DNA of 55,753 bases from Chromera velia (lineage: Eukaryota). The stretch is from NCBI GenBank assembly GCA_018398765.1, contig JAHBMJ010000128.1:1-55753 (forward strand), given 5' to 3'. This document shows, one piece after another, positions 24,964 to 37,458 of this stretch; the stretch's first letter is position 1, and each line of letters begins with the position of its first letter. The notes beneath the pieces are model-generated. The model did no database searches, was not told the DNA's origin, and saw only the letters and a list, made by a program, of their open reading frames with translations. A program made the translations under genes and the position numbers.

Positions 24964-27900
24964 AGAGACTTCGAATCGACAAACAGCCAGTCATGCAAAG
25001 ACGACCACCCCAGTCTGAGAGTTAAGAAAGAGAACGCGAACGTCGGCAGAGTTATCTCGATCCCTTCACTGACTTACCCCTTCGTGTCCCTCTTCACAGA
25101 CAGTCCCAGCAGTCTCGTCTTGGAAGTGCCTCTGCACACTGCTGACAGCGTCGGCGAGGTCTTCGTGTCCGGGCTCGACAGAAGTGCAGGTGCCGTCGAA
25201 GGGGCACGGGACAACAACCGCGCGGGGCCAGCGCTGGACGAGGGAGAAGTTTCCGTGGGGGACGGGGCGGGGGTGCGCCATGAGTTGTTTCAGCGTCTGC
25301 TGGGAGCTGTCGAGTGACTGTGCCTCCAGGAGGCGCAAAGGAGAGAGGTGCTGCAGCTCGGTCCCGCACGAACCGTCACTACAAAGTTCCCAGCGGCGGT
25401 CTGCCTCCCTGCTTGTCAGAGCTTTCGGAAGGCGGCTCTGTTTGAGGACCTGAGACACTTGAGTGTCGGTCAGGAGCTGTCCACTGCATATGGAGTTGGG
25501 GGGGCAGGGTTCGCATGTGCCTGAGGTGAAGAGAGCAAGGGGTTTGTTCACTTTGTGCCAGTGAGAAATGATCTCTACAAGGGAGACGATCGGCTCTCCT
25601 TCAGAATTCTTCGTCTCGGGGGGAGAGAAGTAGAAACGTTCGACGCACCCGCACTGGGAAGGCAGCGTGGCCCCCCTCTGGCTGTGGCTGTTGAGGATGC
25701 ACTGCCTGCAGACGGAGGCGTCAGGGACAGAAGGGTCCCTGTAGAATCCCTCGTTGCAGAGACAGTCGAAGGAAGAGGTGCTCCCCCTCTTGCTCTGACT
25801 GTTGGAGTCGCAAGGACGGCATACGAAGCCCTCTTCTGGAGGGCTGCGGTAGAAGTTTTCCCTGCATCAAGGAAGGAAGGAAGGAAGGAAGGAAGGAAGG
25901 CATAAAAGGTGAGACAGCGGGGCAGGGTGGACAACTGGTGCGCAACGTGTTTTTCTTTTTTGCTCCCTTCGATGAATCTTTCTTTGGTTCTTTCTTTCTT
26001 TCTTTCTTTCCCTCTCTTTCTTTTTGCGGCGCGGTGCGGGTGTGTATGGGTGTATGAAGAAAAAGTCTCTTTGACGTTTTTGCCTGCAGCTGCAAGTGAG
26101 AGAAGGCGGAGAGGTAGATGTCTGGTGCGCATGTGACGGAAAGAGCTCCTTCGCTTTTCTTCTCTCCCTGGCGTATCGCTCTCTTGTTTTCCGTTTGCGT
26201 GGAAGAAACAGGAAAGATTCTCTGGGCAAGACCCAGTGATCTTCTCTGCATCAAACTGTTGTCCGTGTAAGCGACAGACAGACAAACAGACTGAGGGACT
26301 GACATGCAGAGGCAGGGTGAGTCCACAGTCATTCTGTCGGCGTTGGAGGGGCACCTGTCTGCCGTGACGACGATTGTGCAGTTACCGGTGTTGCCTGCCT
26401 TGTCGGTCCCTTCTACCAGAACGTTGAGGGTCTCCTCCGACGAGAAGTGTCGCTGCAGCTCTGACCCATTGGGGGTCCTGAAGGAGAGACGGACGTCGTC
26501 GGGGAGGTCCACGTTGTCACTGACAGTCGGATCGGCTAAGGAGAGGACCGGGGTCTCTCTGCTGATCTTCAGAGGGACTGGAGATGCGCAGGTCATCTGC
26601 GGGGGCTCTCGGTCTGCCCCCATGTAGAAAGGGAATCAGTTCCCACACAGGCAGAGGCAGGGGACAGTCGCTCTCAATTCAGTGAACCTTTTGTCTTTTT
26701 GATGGTTTCTTCTTCAGTCTGCTGATGCATTGAGCCAGCCGACCAGTCAGTCCGTGAGTACGACCATGAACGAGAAACCAGCATGGGTAGAGGCGCTTCT
26801 CAAAAAGGAGAAGGGGGGCATGGGGGAGGGTGGAGGAAAAGGGCAAGAGGGGTCAGAAAGGTGGAAAGGAAATTGCATGAGAAACGATCAAGTTTTCGTC
26901 CGGACGGTTGATGCTACTTCCCGTCTTCGTTTTCTTTTTTGTTTGCTTGCTTTCATTTATTCATTCATTCATCCATTCATTTATTGATTGTTTCTTTCTT
27001 TCTTTCTTGTCTGTCTGTCTGTCTGTCTTTTCTTCTTTTTTTCTTCCGCAGTCGATGGTTTTCCTTCTTCGACTTCGCAAAAGCAGCTACTGAGACTGAC
27101 CGACCGATAATTCCGACAGTGAATTCGCACGTGCCTTCATTCTCTCGTGAGAGAGAGTCTATCAGTCGCACTCGGATCTTCTCAGGCTTCCCAACGTCAA
27201 AGAGCCGCGGCTCAACGGGAGGGGAGAACTTGATGTGAATTCGGGAGGCGCTGTTGCCCTGAAGGTCTCCTTCTCCTTCACGGTCGAGAGAAGAGAACGG
27301 AAAGGGGAAGAAGCGGGCGAAGGAAGCCCTCGAGGATCTCCAGAAGGATGCACCGCGGTCGTTCTGGAAGTGAATTGCCGGAGAGGGACACTGAGTCGTC
27401 ACTGCACACATAAGAATGTTCACGCAGACACACATTTTCTCCCTCCCTTCCCCTCTATCTCAGCCGCTCTTTTACACAAAGAGACAGAGCCACACACACA
27501 CACACACACACACACACATGCACAGACGCGGGGTGTAAGACGGGTGGGGGAGGGATGCTGTGCTGCGTGGCCGCACAAGAACTCCTCAATAGATGAAACA
27601 TACTCCTTTCATACCTACCTACAGATAAACAGAAAAAAAAAAGAAAGCAAGAGAGAGAGAGAGGGGNGGGGGGGGGGGGGGGGGAGAGAGACAGAGACAG
27701 AGACAGACAGACAGAACCAGCCAGACAGACAGAACCGGCCATCCAGACACAGGGCGGCAAAGGGAGCCGACACGACATGAAGGAGGAAGTGGCCAGCTCA
27801 ATTGTCTAAACAAACAACCCCCCAGGAGGGTCGATACATTCTTTTGGTGTCTGGGGCTATTCAAGAACGTGTGAATGCGTGGATTTGTGGATCCATGTAT

Positions 27901-29732
27901 CTATGTCATTCGAAATATGCGTCTGCCCGATTCCAGACCCCTAAGTATGAAAATTTCTATTTCAATAGAGAAAAGATCCTGCTGATTGACCCTTCACACG
28001 CAAACACGTGTACACATCCTGGCCCCGACTCACTCAAGAGGGGCACAAGCGAGAAATCCCGACCAGTCAGACCGCCCCCTTCACCCAAACCGAGCTGTCC
28101 TTCCTCGTTCCTCCCTGCACCCACCACTCCGCCCCCAGTGATCAGGAGCGAAGAGAGAGACCCAGACCCCCCCTTCCACAGCCTCTCCACCCTGACTCCT
28201 TCAACCTCCCGAGGCTCTCTTTGAGTGGTCGTTTGGCCGTAAATGCCGTCATTGTTCGAACGCCCAAGGTAGAACACCCTACCGTCTCCCACTCGAACGA
28301 CTAAATGACTCACACCCGCTGCGATCTCTACGGCTCCTCCCGGGAGCTTCTCCAACGGCTGGGGAGTTGAAGAGAAGGATCCTAATGTGCCTCCGATATT
28401 AGACCCAAACCGAAAAACCTTTCCAGAGGAAGTGAGGACCAAAGAGTGAGTTTGACCCGCCGCCACTGCAACAACTCTCTCCCCTCCCGTCCCAACAAAA
28501 ACCTCGACAGGCTTAGTCTCTCTCTCGCCCCTCCTCCCATCCCCCAGTTGACCCAGAAAGTTCCACCCCCAAGAGAAGAGCCGCCCAGAACGGCAGGCGA
28601 TGAGTGTGTGACTGCCTCCCAGGGCCACCTGCGTGACGGCTTCTCCCTCCAGCACCGCCGCACTCACAAGAGAGGCATTGCGCCGGGTCTCTCTGTCTCC
28701 AAGGCCGAGCTGCCCGTGCTCTCCCCGCCCCCACATGAATAGGTTTCCCTCTTCTGTCCAGGCGGCACTGCAAGCAACCAGGCAGAAAGGGAAACAGAAA
28801 GAAATGTGACCGGATTGTTTAAAAAAAAAAAAACAAGCAGAGCAGCGAGGAGGCAAAGAATGCAGACAGACAGACAGACAGACAGACAGACAGGCAGACC
28901 TGTGACTCCCCCCACACGCCACGCCAACGACCCTCTCGCCCTCCAGTCCTTCCACAGGCAGCGGCCTCCAGTCACTCCAATCTCCCCACACCCATCCACT
29001 CCCACGCCCGAGTTGTCCGAAACTGTTGTCACCGAATGAGACCACCGTCCCGTTCCCCAACAGAACCAGAGAGAAGGAGAATGCGTGCCCTCCCCCTCCG
29101 CAAACGTCGACGACGTCGGAGAGAGAGGGCACTCTCGTCGGCAGTCTGAAGTTCCCTATGTCCTCCAGCCCCAGCTGGCCGTCCCTGTTGGAACCGAAGA
29201 CAAAAAGGTCTCCCCGGTTGTCAACCATCAAAGAATGTTTGCCACCTTGCGCGACGAGTGAGGGGGAACCGACTGCAAGCACGACGGGAAACACCGTGTC
29301 CTCTCTCTCTCTCTGCGTGAGTGTCCCATTTCTTAGACACATGCGACATTCAAATGAACAAACACAGAAATGCGCCTACACCCATGCGTGCACGGAGGTG
29401 AGAGAAAGCGAGAGACAACATTGTCGTGCAGCCCTGACGGTCGCAATTCAGAGGCAGCGTGCAGTCAAAAAAGTGCAAAAGGCAAACAAGGAAACAGGCA
29501 GTGGAAGCTTGCACAATTTTGCACATGGGTACGGAAATGATGGGAAACATGCAAATGGGAGCAGGCAACCAAGAAAAACAGGGAGAGAAGGGGAGAGGAG
29601 AGAAGATAAAGGGCGAGAAGCGACGGAGCGTGGAATAGAGAGGAGAAACACAGAGAGCGGAGAGGGAAGGAGAGAAAGGGAGAGAGCCAGAGAGAACAAA
29701 AGAGGGAGAGGGAGAGGGAGAGGGGGAGAGAG

Positions 29733-29767
<35 letters not shown>

Positions 29768-30029
29768 GAAAGAAAGAGATGCGAAGACGCGAGAATTAAA
29801 GAGAACAGACGGGAGAACTGTCAAAATGCTAGAAAACAAAAGCTGAAGAGAGAGAGGCACGCAACCGACCAACCACAGAGAGTCCCGTCGCCACTGCTGG
29901 AGGTGCCCTGAGGGCACTCGCAGACAAACGACCCGACGGTGTCTCTGCAAATCGCACGAGCGTCACAGTGCCCTTCCGCCATCACCGCACACTCGTCGAG
30001 GTCGAGCGCTGGGAGACAGACAGACAGAC

Positions 30030-30060
<31 letters not shown>

Positions 30061-30078
30061 GAGAAAGACGCACTCACA

Positions 30079-30120
<42 letters not shown>

Positions 30121-33100
30121 GAGAGAGAGAGAGAGAGAGAGACCATTCAGGGCAATGCGCATGCACGGCAAGCCTACTCAACACATCAATAGGGCAATCA
30201 TTATGCTCTCCTCTGTCAAATGAGAAGAAATTTACTTGTGCCGACTCACTTCCACATGCGTATACCATGACAGAGATATAGAATCTTTGCGGGTATGCAT
30301 GTCATCACACATGCAGGTCTTGAGGAAGCATATACGTACATGACTGTCCGTATGTATTGAAGAACGAAGGAAATCGTGTCTTCTTTGCCATGATCTACAG
30401 CCCGCCTGCTTCCTTCCATTCATCGTCTATCGATGCAAGGCCTCCCTGTCCCATTTGCTCCCCTACTCCCATCACTGTCTAAAGAGAACACATGGGCACG
30501 TGCAATTCCCGACTCATCTAAAAGGGACACAAACGAAAGCTTATCTCGATGACTTAGACCCTCCCCCCCACCCAAACCGAGCTGTCCTTCTTCGTTCCTC
30601 CCTGCACCAACCACTCCGCCCCCAGTGATCAGGAGCGAAGAGAGAGACCTATACCCCCCCTTCCACAGCCTCTCCACCCTGACTCCTTCAACCTCCCGAG
30701 GCTCTCTTTGAGTGGTCGTGTGGCCAAGTCCCAGTTCCCCGTTCTCGTTTTTCCCAAAGGAGAACACCCTTCCGTCCTTCACACGAACGAAAGAGTGACT
30801 CCCACCCGCAGCGATCTCTACGACTCCCTCCGGCAGCTTCTCCACCCACTGGGGAGTCGAAAAAATATCCTCAGAGCTCCCCAACCCCAGTTGGCCATAC
30901 TCATTATCCCCAAACCCCAAAACCTTTCCGGAGGAGGTCAGGATCAGAGAGTGATCCGCACCCGCCGCCACTGCAACAACTCTCTCCCCTCCCGTCCCAA
31001 CGAAAACCTCGACAGGACTAGCCTCTCTCTCAAGATCCCCACTTCTCCCATTCCCCACCTGCCCAGCATCATTCTTCCCCCAAGAGAAGAGCCGTCCAGA
31101 GCGGCAGGCGATGAGGGTGTGCATTCTTCCCAGGGCCACCTGCGTGACGGCTTCTCCCTCCAGCACCGCCGCACTCACAAGAGAGGCATTGTGCCGGGTC
31201 TCTCTGTCTCCGAGGCCGAGCTGCCCGTCCTCTCCCCGCCCCCACATGAATAGGTTTCCCTCTTCTGTCCAGGCGGCACTGCAAGCAACCAGGCAGAACG
31301 GAGAAAGCACAGTTGATCAGCAGAGAAAAAAAAAATCAAACAGACCAAACCACACCAGCGAAAGGACCCTCCCTGCAACATCTCGTCTGCCATTCAGGGA
31401 AGGGAGAAAAAATTGACCGGATTTTTTTCCAAAAAAAGAATCAGAGCAGCGAGGAGGCAATAATGCAGACAGACAGACAGACAGACAGACAGACGGGCAG
31501 GCAGGAAGGCAGGCAGACAGACAGGCAGACCTGTGACTCCCCCCACACGCCACGCCAACGACACTCTCGCCCTCCAGTCCCTCAACAGGCAGCGGCCTCC
31601 AGTCACTCCAATCTCCCCACACCCATCCACTCCCACGCCCGAGTTGTCCGTAGTAACGATTGCTACCGGAAGAAAGCACCGTTCCGTTCCCCAACAGGAG
31701 CAGAGAAAAGTCCGAGCCCCCGCAAACGTCGACGACGTCGGAGAGAGAGGGCACTCTCGTCGGCAGTCTGAAGTTCCCTATGTCCTCCAGCCCCAGCTGG
31801 CCGTCCCTGTTGGAACCGAAGACAAAAAGGTCTCCCCGGTTGTCACCCATCAAAGAATGTTCGCCACCTTGCGCGACGAGAGAGGGGGAACCGACTGCAA
31901 GCACGACGGGAAACACCGTGTCCTCTCTCTCTCTTTCTCTTTGTCTGCGTGAGTGTGTGTGTGTGCGTGTGTTATGTCGTAGACACGCGCCACATTCAAA
32001 TGAACAAACACAGAAATGCGCCTACACTCATGCATGCACGGAGGTGAGAGAAAAAGAGAGACAACGTTGCGCTCCAATTCAGAAGTGGTGTGCAGTCACA
32101 AAAGGGCCAAAGCCAAAGTTCAAAGATTCTCCATCAGAATACAAGTCGATACGAATGATTTGAATCCCGGTTAAAATTCATGCAAGAAAAAGAGAACACA
32201 AACGTAAACAGATAAGGAAAGGGGGAGGGAAAAGAAGACGGCAATCATGAATGACTGAAAAAAAAAGAAAAACGGATGAGCGGGGCGAAATAGAGAGGGG
32301 TAGAGAGGGAGAGAGATGAGAGACCTTCTGGTCGCTCCACCGTGACAGTCAGGTTGAAGCTGCTGCCGTCACCTCTCTGGCCGACGACGACGAAAACTTC
32401 CGAGCTTCCCCTCTCCACAAACGACACCCGCGATCTTCCGTTCCCGCAACTGTTCTTGAAGTCCCAAACGCCGCCATCCCATCCCTCACATTGACAGACA
32501 GAGGAATCAGAGGGACACCCTGCCCCTGACAGAACTCCAATTATCGTGTTTACCTGCAGGTCAAGTCACATGAGAGAAAAGAGAAAGGACACGTCGGGGA
32601 TGAATTCATCATACTTGATGCACTGAATGATACTAAAGAAAGCAGAAACAAAAAAACCAAGCGCGGTCTGCCTGCCTGAAATACACCGAAGGAAAAAACA
32701 AACTCAGCCACCATACAGATTCGATGACTCCAAGTCCATATTGTGGCTGCTCTGAAGAAATCTACGGTGTATCTGAGTAATGAAAGGAAGCGCCCGAAAT
32801 CTGAACTGAACCATCTCACGAGACACGGCAGCATTTTTTAGAAAAGGGCCAACAGAAGCGAATGCACAACACCACACCCACACACCGCAAGAGAAACAAG
32901 GACAGAGAAAGAGAAGACGCTGACCGATGTGCCAGTGCAGGTATCCACAGAGACAGCAAGGAGACGCCCATTCGATTCGGGAAGCCGGAGCCTGTACCAG
33001 ACCCCAGGCCTCGAAGCGCTACCCCCGCACTCCCCAAACTCTCCATCCCCCGTCGCCCTCTCCCAGTTTCCCTCCACAGAGGTTGTCTCCATCCCTTCTG

Positions 33101-36100
33101 TGAGGGCAGGAGAGAAGCGATTGGAGAGGTGAAAGGCGGTCTCGAGGGTGTCGTGAGAGTGGGGGGCTGCAGCAGGTTGGGAGGAAGGTGGGACGGAGCA
33201 GCTGACACAACCAAGTTCAGGAGCTTGATCGAAGTACAGAAGCTGATTTTATACCAGAAGCGCTCAACTTTCACGAAGGGCTTGCCTCAGACAAAGTGAT
33301 CATCGTCATTCTAACGTATCCTCAAAGGAATGCTTTTGACACCGGAGCAAAGGCAGAGAGAAGAAGCAAAAAAAGGCAGACCTGAGAGCGCCACGGTCAG
33401 GTTGAAGTTGCCTCTGTCTTCCCACTCATACGGACGGACGAGGACATACAGCTCGGACCCCCCTCTCTCCAAAGACGCGAACGGCAGCTCCCGATAGTTA
33501 GCCGACCCCTTACACTCACAGGCGGAGGAATCAGAGGGACACCCGGTCCCCGACAGAACCCCAATGACCGCCTTTGCCTGCAGGACTCTCACGAACACGC
33601 ACCATTCAGACAGACGCGCATCATGAACTTGCAGACAAAAGTGACTCCCTCTCTCTTCATGCTGAAGCACTCCGTCATCCATATAATCTTCTGACCGACT
33701 GCCCCATGGAAAAGGCAAACAAACAGAGACCCCAAGGCGCCGGTCAATAAAGCGAGGCAAAAAACAACACAGGAGTCACTGATGTTGTCTACATACATTC
33801 ATATTGACACATGCAAGTACAAGGAAAGCCGGACAAAACCTGAATTCACCGACCAATGTGTACAGGGAGACGGCCACAGGGCCACTTGAGGGGGGAACAG
33901 AGAGAGAGAACCAGACGCCAGGAAAGGAGTCAGAGCTGCCTCCACAGTCCGCAAAGTCAGGGTCTCCCGTCGCCCCCAACCACACTCCTTCCACAGAGGT
34001 TGTTTCAGCCCGTCCTTTGAGAGCAGGCGAGAAGCGGTCGGAGAGGTCAAAGGCGGTCCGGAGGGTGTCGTGGGGGTGAGCTGCATGGTGAAGGGGGAGA
34101 GGGAATGATGGGAAGCTCCGTCACTAGAAACATAGAAAGCGCGTTGCTCCTTTGGGCATACAAACACTGACTGAGAAGGACAGGGAACGGAAGGGGCGGG
34201 GGGGGACGGAACAGGCCGGTGTGCATACACGCATCCATCCCACATGGTTATGCTAGAACAGGAAGTGACACAACCAGATGTCAATTACTGGAAGTCTCTT
34301 CATGACATGACAGGGCTCTCTGTTCGGCCCTTCCGCTCTTCATTTCATTGTCGCTTCCTTGAGACAAGTCTCTCTTACTTTCTGCCCGCCCTCCGTGATT
34401 TTTGTTTGACGCGTTTTCTTCACACGAGAATATGTTTGTTGGCAGGTCCGTCTGAAATGTTCTCTGTCAATCAATTAGTCTATCTCTCTGTCGGTTCACA
34501 CCTTCATACATTCTGTGTGTAGGAGCATCTTACAGAAATAGCCAGTTTATCCGCTCCCTACATCGAGCTCTTTCCTCCGCCTTTCTCCGAACCAACTCCA
34601 TGCACACAGAGAGAAGGGGGGCAGAGAAAAGCCATCACACACACAAGTCCCTCCCCACCTGCACACGTCAAATAGCGACTTCCCGCAGCAACCACCAGCT
34701 GCCCCCCCAGGCACTGCATCTCCGTGAAGCATTCACCGCCGCCTCTCCACCGCCCCCCCTCCCCGAGTCTGTAACTACACACAAGCCCCTGAGGGCACTG
34801 CAGGTCCAGCCTCTGTGCCACAAAGCCGACAGACAGAGGACCGTCAGAGCTCCGCGACAACAGCGGGTGGAGGCCGGAGACGTTCAGAGAGGAGAACTCA
34901 ACGGGAACGTCGCACGTCTCTGCACGCACACAGAGAAAGGAGGGCACGGACAGGTTCTCAGGCACAGTTGCGTTGCACGTCTCTGCATGTGGATAGATAG
35001 ATGGGAACGGGGGATTTGATGGAGGCGTGGAGAATGAGACACAAGGAGACGCAGGGCAGATCAGAAAGGGAGAGCGAGCAGAGCAGACAGAAAAAGGGAG
35101 GGGGTGGGGCAAATCATTGTCAGAGGAGGAAAGGAGGAGTGTAGAGGAGAAAAGCAAAGAGAAAGAGGACAGAACGGTGACAGACCTGAGAGCATCACAG
35201 TCAGGTTGAAGCTGCGATCGTCATGGCTGCTTCTGTAAGGACGGACGACGGTAAAAATCTCCGACCCCCCCCCCCTTCACAAACGACACCCGCGACTGCG
35301 GACCAAAATAATTATCGTTCCACCCCTCACACACACAGGCAGAGAAGTCAGAAGGACACGCCGCCCCCGAGAGCACACCCACCACCGTGTCTGCCTGCAG
35401 GACGCAGAGGGGACACAGAGCGATCAACTGCATCCCCGAAAAATGGGAAAAGGAGGTCCCACTGTCCTTTGTGTCTGGGTCTTCACATTCACAACGTATC
35501 GCAAAGCATGCATGCCATCGGTGAAATACAAGCGCAAAAAAGCACGGAAGGCACCATACATCGTTGCCACGCCCTGACCCATGCCACTGATGCGTGCGCC
35601 AAAACAACCAACCCCCAAGACTGGCCGTTGTGCCAGTGAAGGTGTCCACAGAGACCCCCAGAGGTCGGCTCGACTGGGGGAGACGGAAGCGGAACCAGAC
35701 ACCAGGACGAGAAGAGTCACCGCCGCACTCCGAGAAGTCAGGATCCCGTCGCCCTCTCCCAGTTTCCCTCCACAGAGGTTGTCTCTATCCCTTCTGAGAG
35801 GGCAGGAGAGAAGCGGTCGGAGAGGTCGAAGGCGGCCTGGAGGGTGTCGTGAGGGTGAGGGGCTGCAGGGCATGGGAACGCGAAAGGGAGCGACGGAGGC
35901 ATTCCTGACTGGAGAGACACAGAGCGTTGTCCTTCTGACGCACAAAAGCCGGGAGGGACGAGGCAAGAAAGAGAGCAGGCAGACGAGGAAGAGGAAACAG
36001 CTCTCCTCTCCTACCCTCCCCTCTGTCTCCTTGGCACAACATTTCCGTGACACATTGATGATCCTTTACTTGTGTCCTCCATCTCTGTGGTTTCTCTTTC

Positions 36101-36460
36101 TGGATGTCGACAAGTCAACAGTCGGATATAAATAGAAAGGAAGAGAAGTTCTTCTCTTTCTTTTTCGTCATCCACCACCCACCTTGACCCGGAGCAAATC
36201 CGGAAGACAGAGAGAGCAGAACCACAAAACACCAGAGGAGACTCTGAACGGAGGCGCCAAAAGTGCGCGGACGGCGGAGACGAGAGACCCCAACCAATTC
36301 TGAAATTTTGCTCCTGCAAAAGAGGAGAAAGAACGAGAGAAAGCAGCGGGAGATGGACAGACTGACAGATTGAAAGATGGGACAGACAGACACACAGAAG
36401 GGGGTAAGAAGGACTGATTCCACAAAACAAAGAAAAACGAATGATCGTGCCTGTTTTCAT
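20462..36460 (-). CDS. Giant multi-exon secreted multi-pass membrane protein (repeated beta-sandwich-like modules, RCC1 repeats, EGF, HYR-like, Cys-rich, multi-TM, cytosolic tail)
   Basis: Co-oriented exons with plausible GT-AG junctions; signal-like exon (~36183-36300, LLWCFVVLLSLSSG) splices in phase to APHPHDTLQ. Domains are listed separately below. Final exon ORF 20462-22558. Start codon, full exon chain and single-gene status are inferred, not proven. Confidence 0.65.
22400..24831 (-). CDS. Multi-pass transmembrane region of the giant protein
   Basis: PLCSEC..CREC then hydrophobic helices (IVAGVGLFLLAVALVVGY; KILTVFLTALGFL; FSIKCL; SLRCEP; IVCS) and the motif string FSVLLSGY..FIFWELVVYARR...LWPYRSAALNWLETFSL, typical of TRP-C-like C-termini of large protist membrane proteins. 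Contains an N gap at 23542-23569. Confidence 0.8.
25075..27340 (-). CDS. HYR-like and Cys-rich exons of the giant protein
   Basis: DREPPQMTC..V....PTVSDNV...VEGTDKAGNTGNCTIVV (26320-26620) fits an HYR-type pattern. TCEPCPPNSICSG...VVPCPFDGTC...VCEEGHEG (25075-25520) is the usual Cys-rich stalk preceding this TM domain. Confidence 0.65.
28020..29300 (-). CDS. RCC1/BLIP-II repeat block, copy 2 (two exons)
   Basis: Repeated GxxHS/T...G.LF.WGxNxxGQLG motifs in ORF 27957-29342; GACA-containing intron ~28770-28900. Confidence 0.9.
29870..30010 (-). CDS. Calcium-binding EGF-like exon
   Basis: DLDECAVMAEGHCDARAICRDTVGSFVCECPQGTSSSGDGTLC matches the EGF_CA consensus. Confidence 0.9.
30500..31920 (-). 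CDS. RCC1/BLIP-II repeat block, copy 1 (two exons)
   Basis: ORFs 30420-31310 and 31317-31916 with GxNxxGQLG repeats; close paralogue of 28020-29300. Confidence 0.9.
32320..35870 (-). CDS. Three two-exon repeats of an extracellular beta-sandwich-like module, plus one Cys-containing (sushi-like) exon
   Basis: HDT...AFDLS.RFSPAL..G.ETTSVEG.W..ATGD..F..CGG....PGVW....P.S.....VS..T followed by .IGVLSG..CPSD...C.C.G....S....GSE..V.V......FNLTV. Seen at ~35200-35865, ~33380-34080 and ~32320-33170. Cys exon at ~34660-34920. Confidence 0.75.
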
Positions 36461-37458
36461 CTTGAAAAGACCGAAACGGAAAAGAGCGGAAGCGAGAGAT
36501 AACGCAGCGTCGCCACGACAGTAGAGCCGAGAGGAATTCTCTGCGTGCTCAAATGGACACACAAACGTGGAATACGAGATGGCGAGAGAAGGAGGGAGTG
36601 CCAGTACGAAAGAGAGGAAGGGACGAAGGCAGTCAGACTCGCATGCAGAGAAGAAGGACGAAAAAAGGAGGCGGACAAAAAAGGGAAGACGGAGGGAAGG
36701 CGAGACAAAAAGGAATGCCAAGGACAAACATATGCAAACATATACACACAAACACACACACACACACAGACGGATGAGACTGACTCAGGAGGAAGGGGAA
36801 GAAAGGAAGAGCTGCTCTGCTCCCCCCACGGCCAGACCTTCGAATCTCCCCCCGCCCCCCTTACTGGACCTTCCACCATTTCCCCTTCTTCGCGATCTCT
36901 CTCCAGTTGCAGAACGGGCGGGAGCGGAGGCTCGCAAAGGGAAAGGCCGTCTCTTCTTCTCCTTTCTTTCGCAGAGGCGCAGAGGTGCCGGACCCTAGTG
37001 CACATTCCGCGCACGGCACACACATGTTCGGGCTCTTGGGAAGAAAAGGAACAACAGTGAGGTAAGATCAGACATGGAGACACAGAGGCGGAAGGAGACG
37101 GCCCTGAGCTGCACGCCTGAATGAATATAATCGTCAGCCGACGGTGGCCTTTGAGTCCCAGAAATGTTGCGCAACTCACATCCACTCACGTACGTCTTTT
37201 GGCGCCTGTCTCACAAGCTTTTGCTAGAGTACGTCTCTCTGGGAGGTGGGATACCAACGAAGAGGAGACGGATCATATGCAGCCACAGGGCGCGCGCGCG
37301 CCGAAGATTTCCGAGGGCGCCATGCAACGTACCGAATTATGGATCAATAATAGATAATAAATAATGAGAAAAGATAATTAACTTTCATTATCGATCGGTA
37401 GAGTGAGCATACAGGGGTAGAACAGTTTCTCGACTTAAGATGGATGAATAACCCTATC

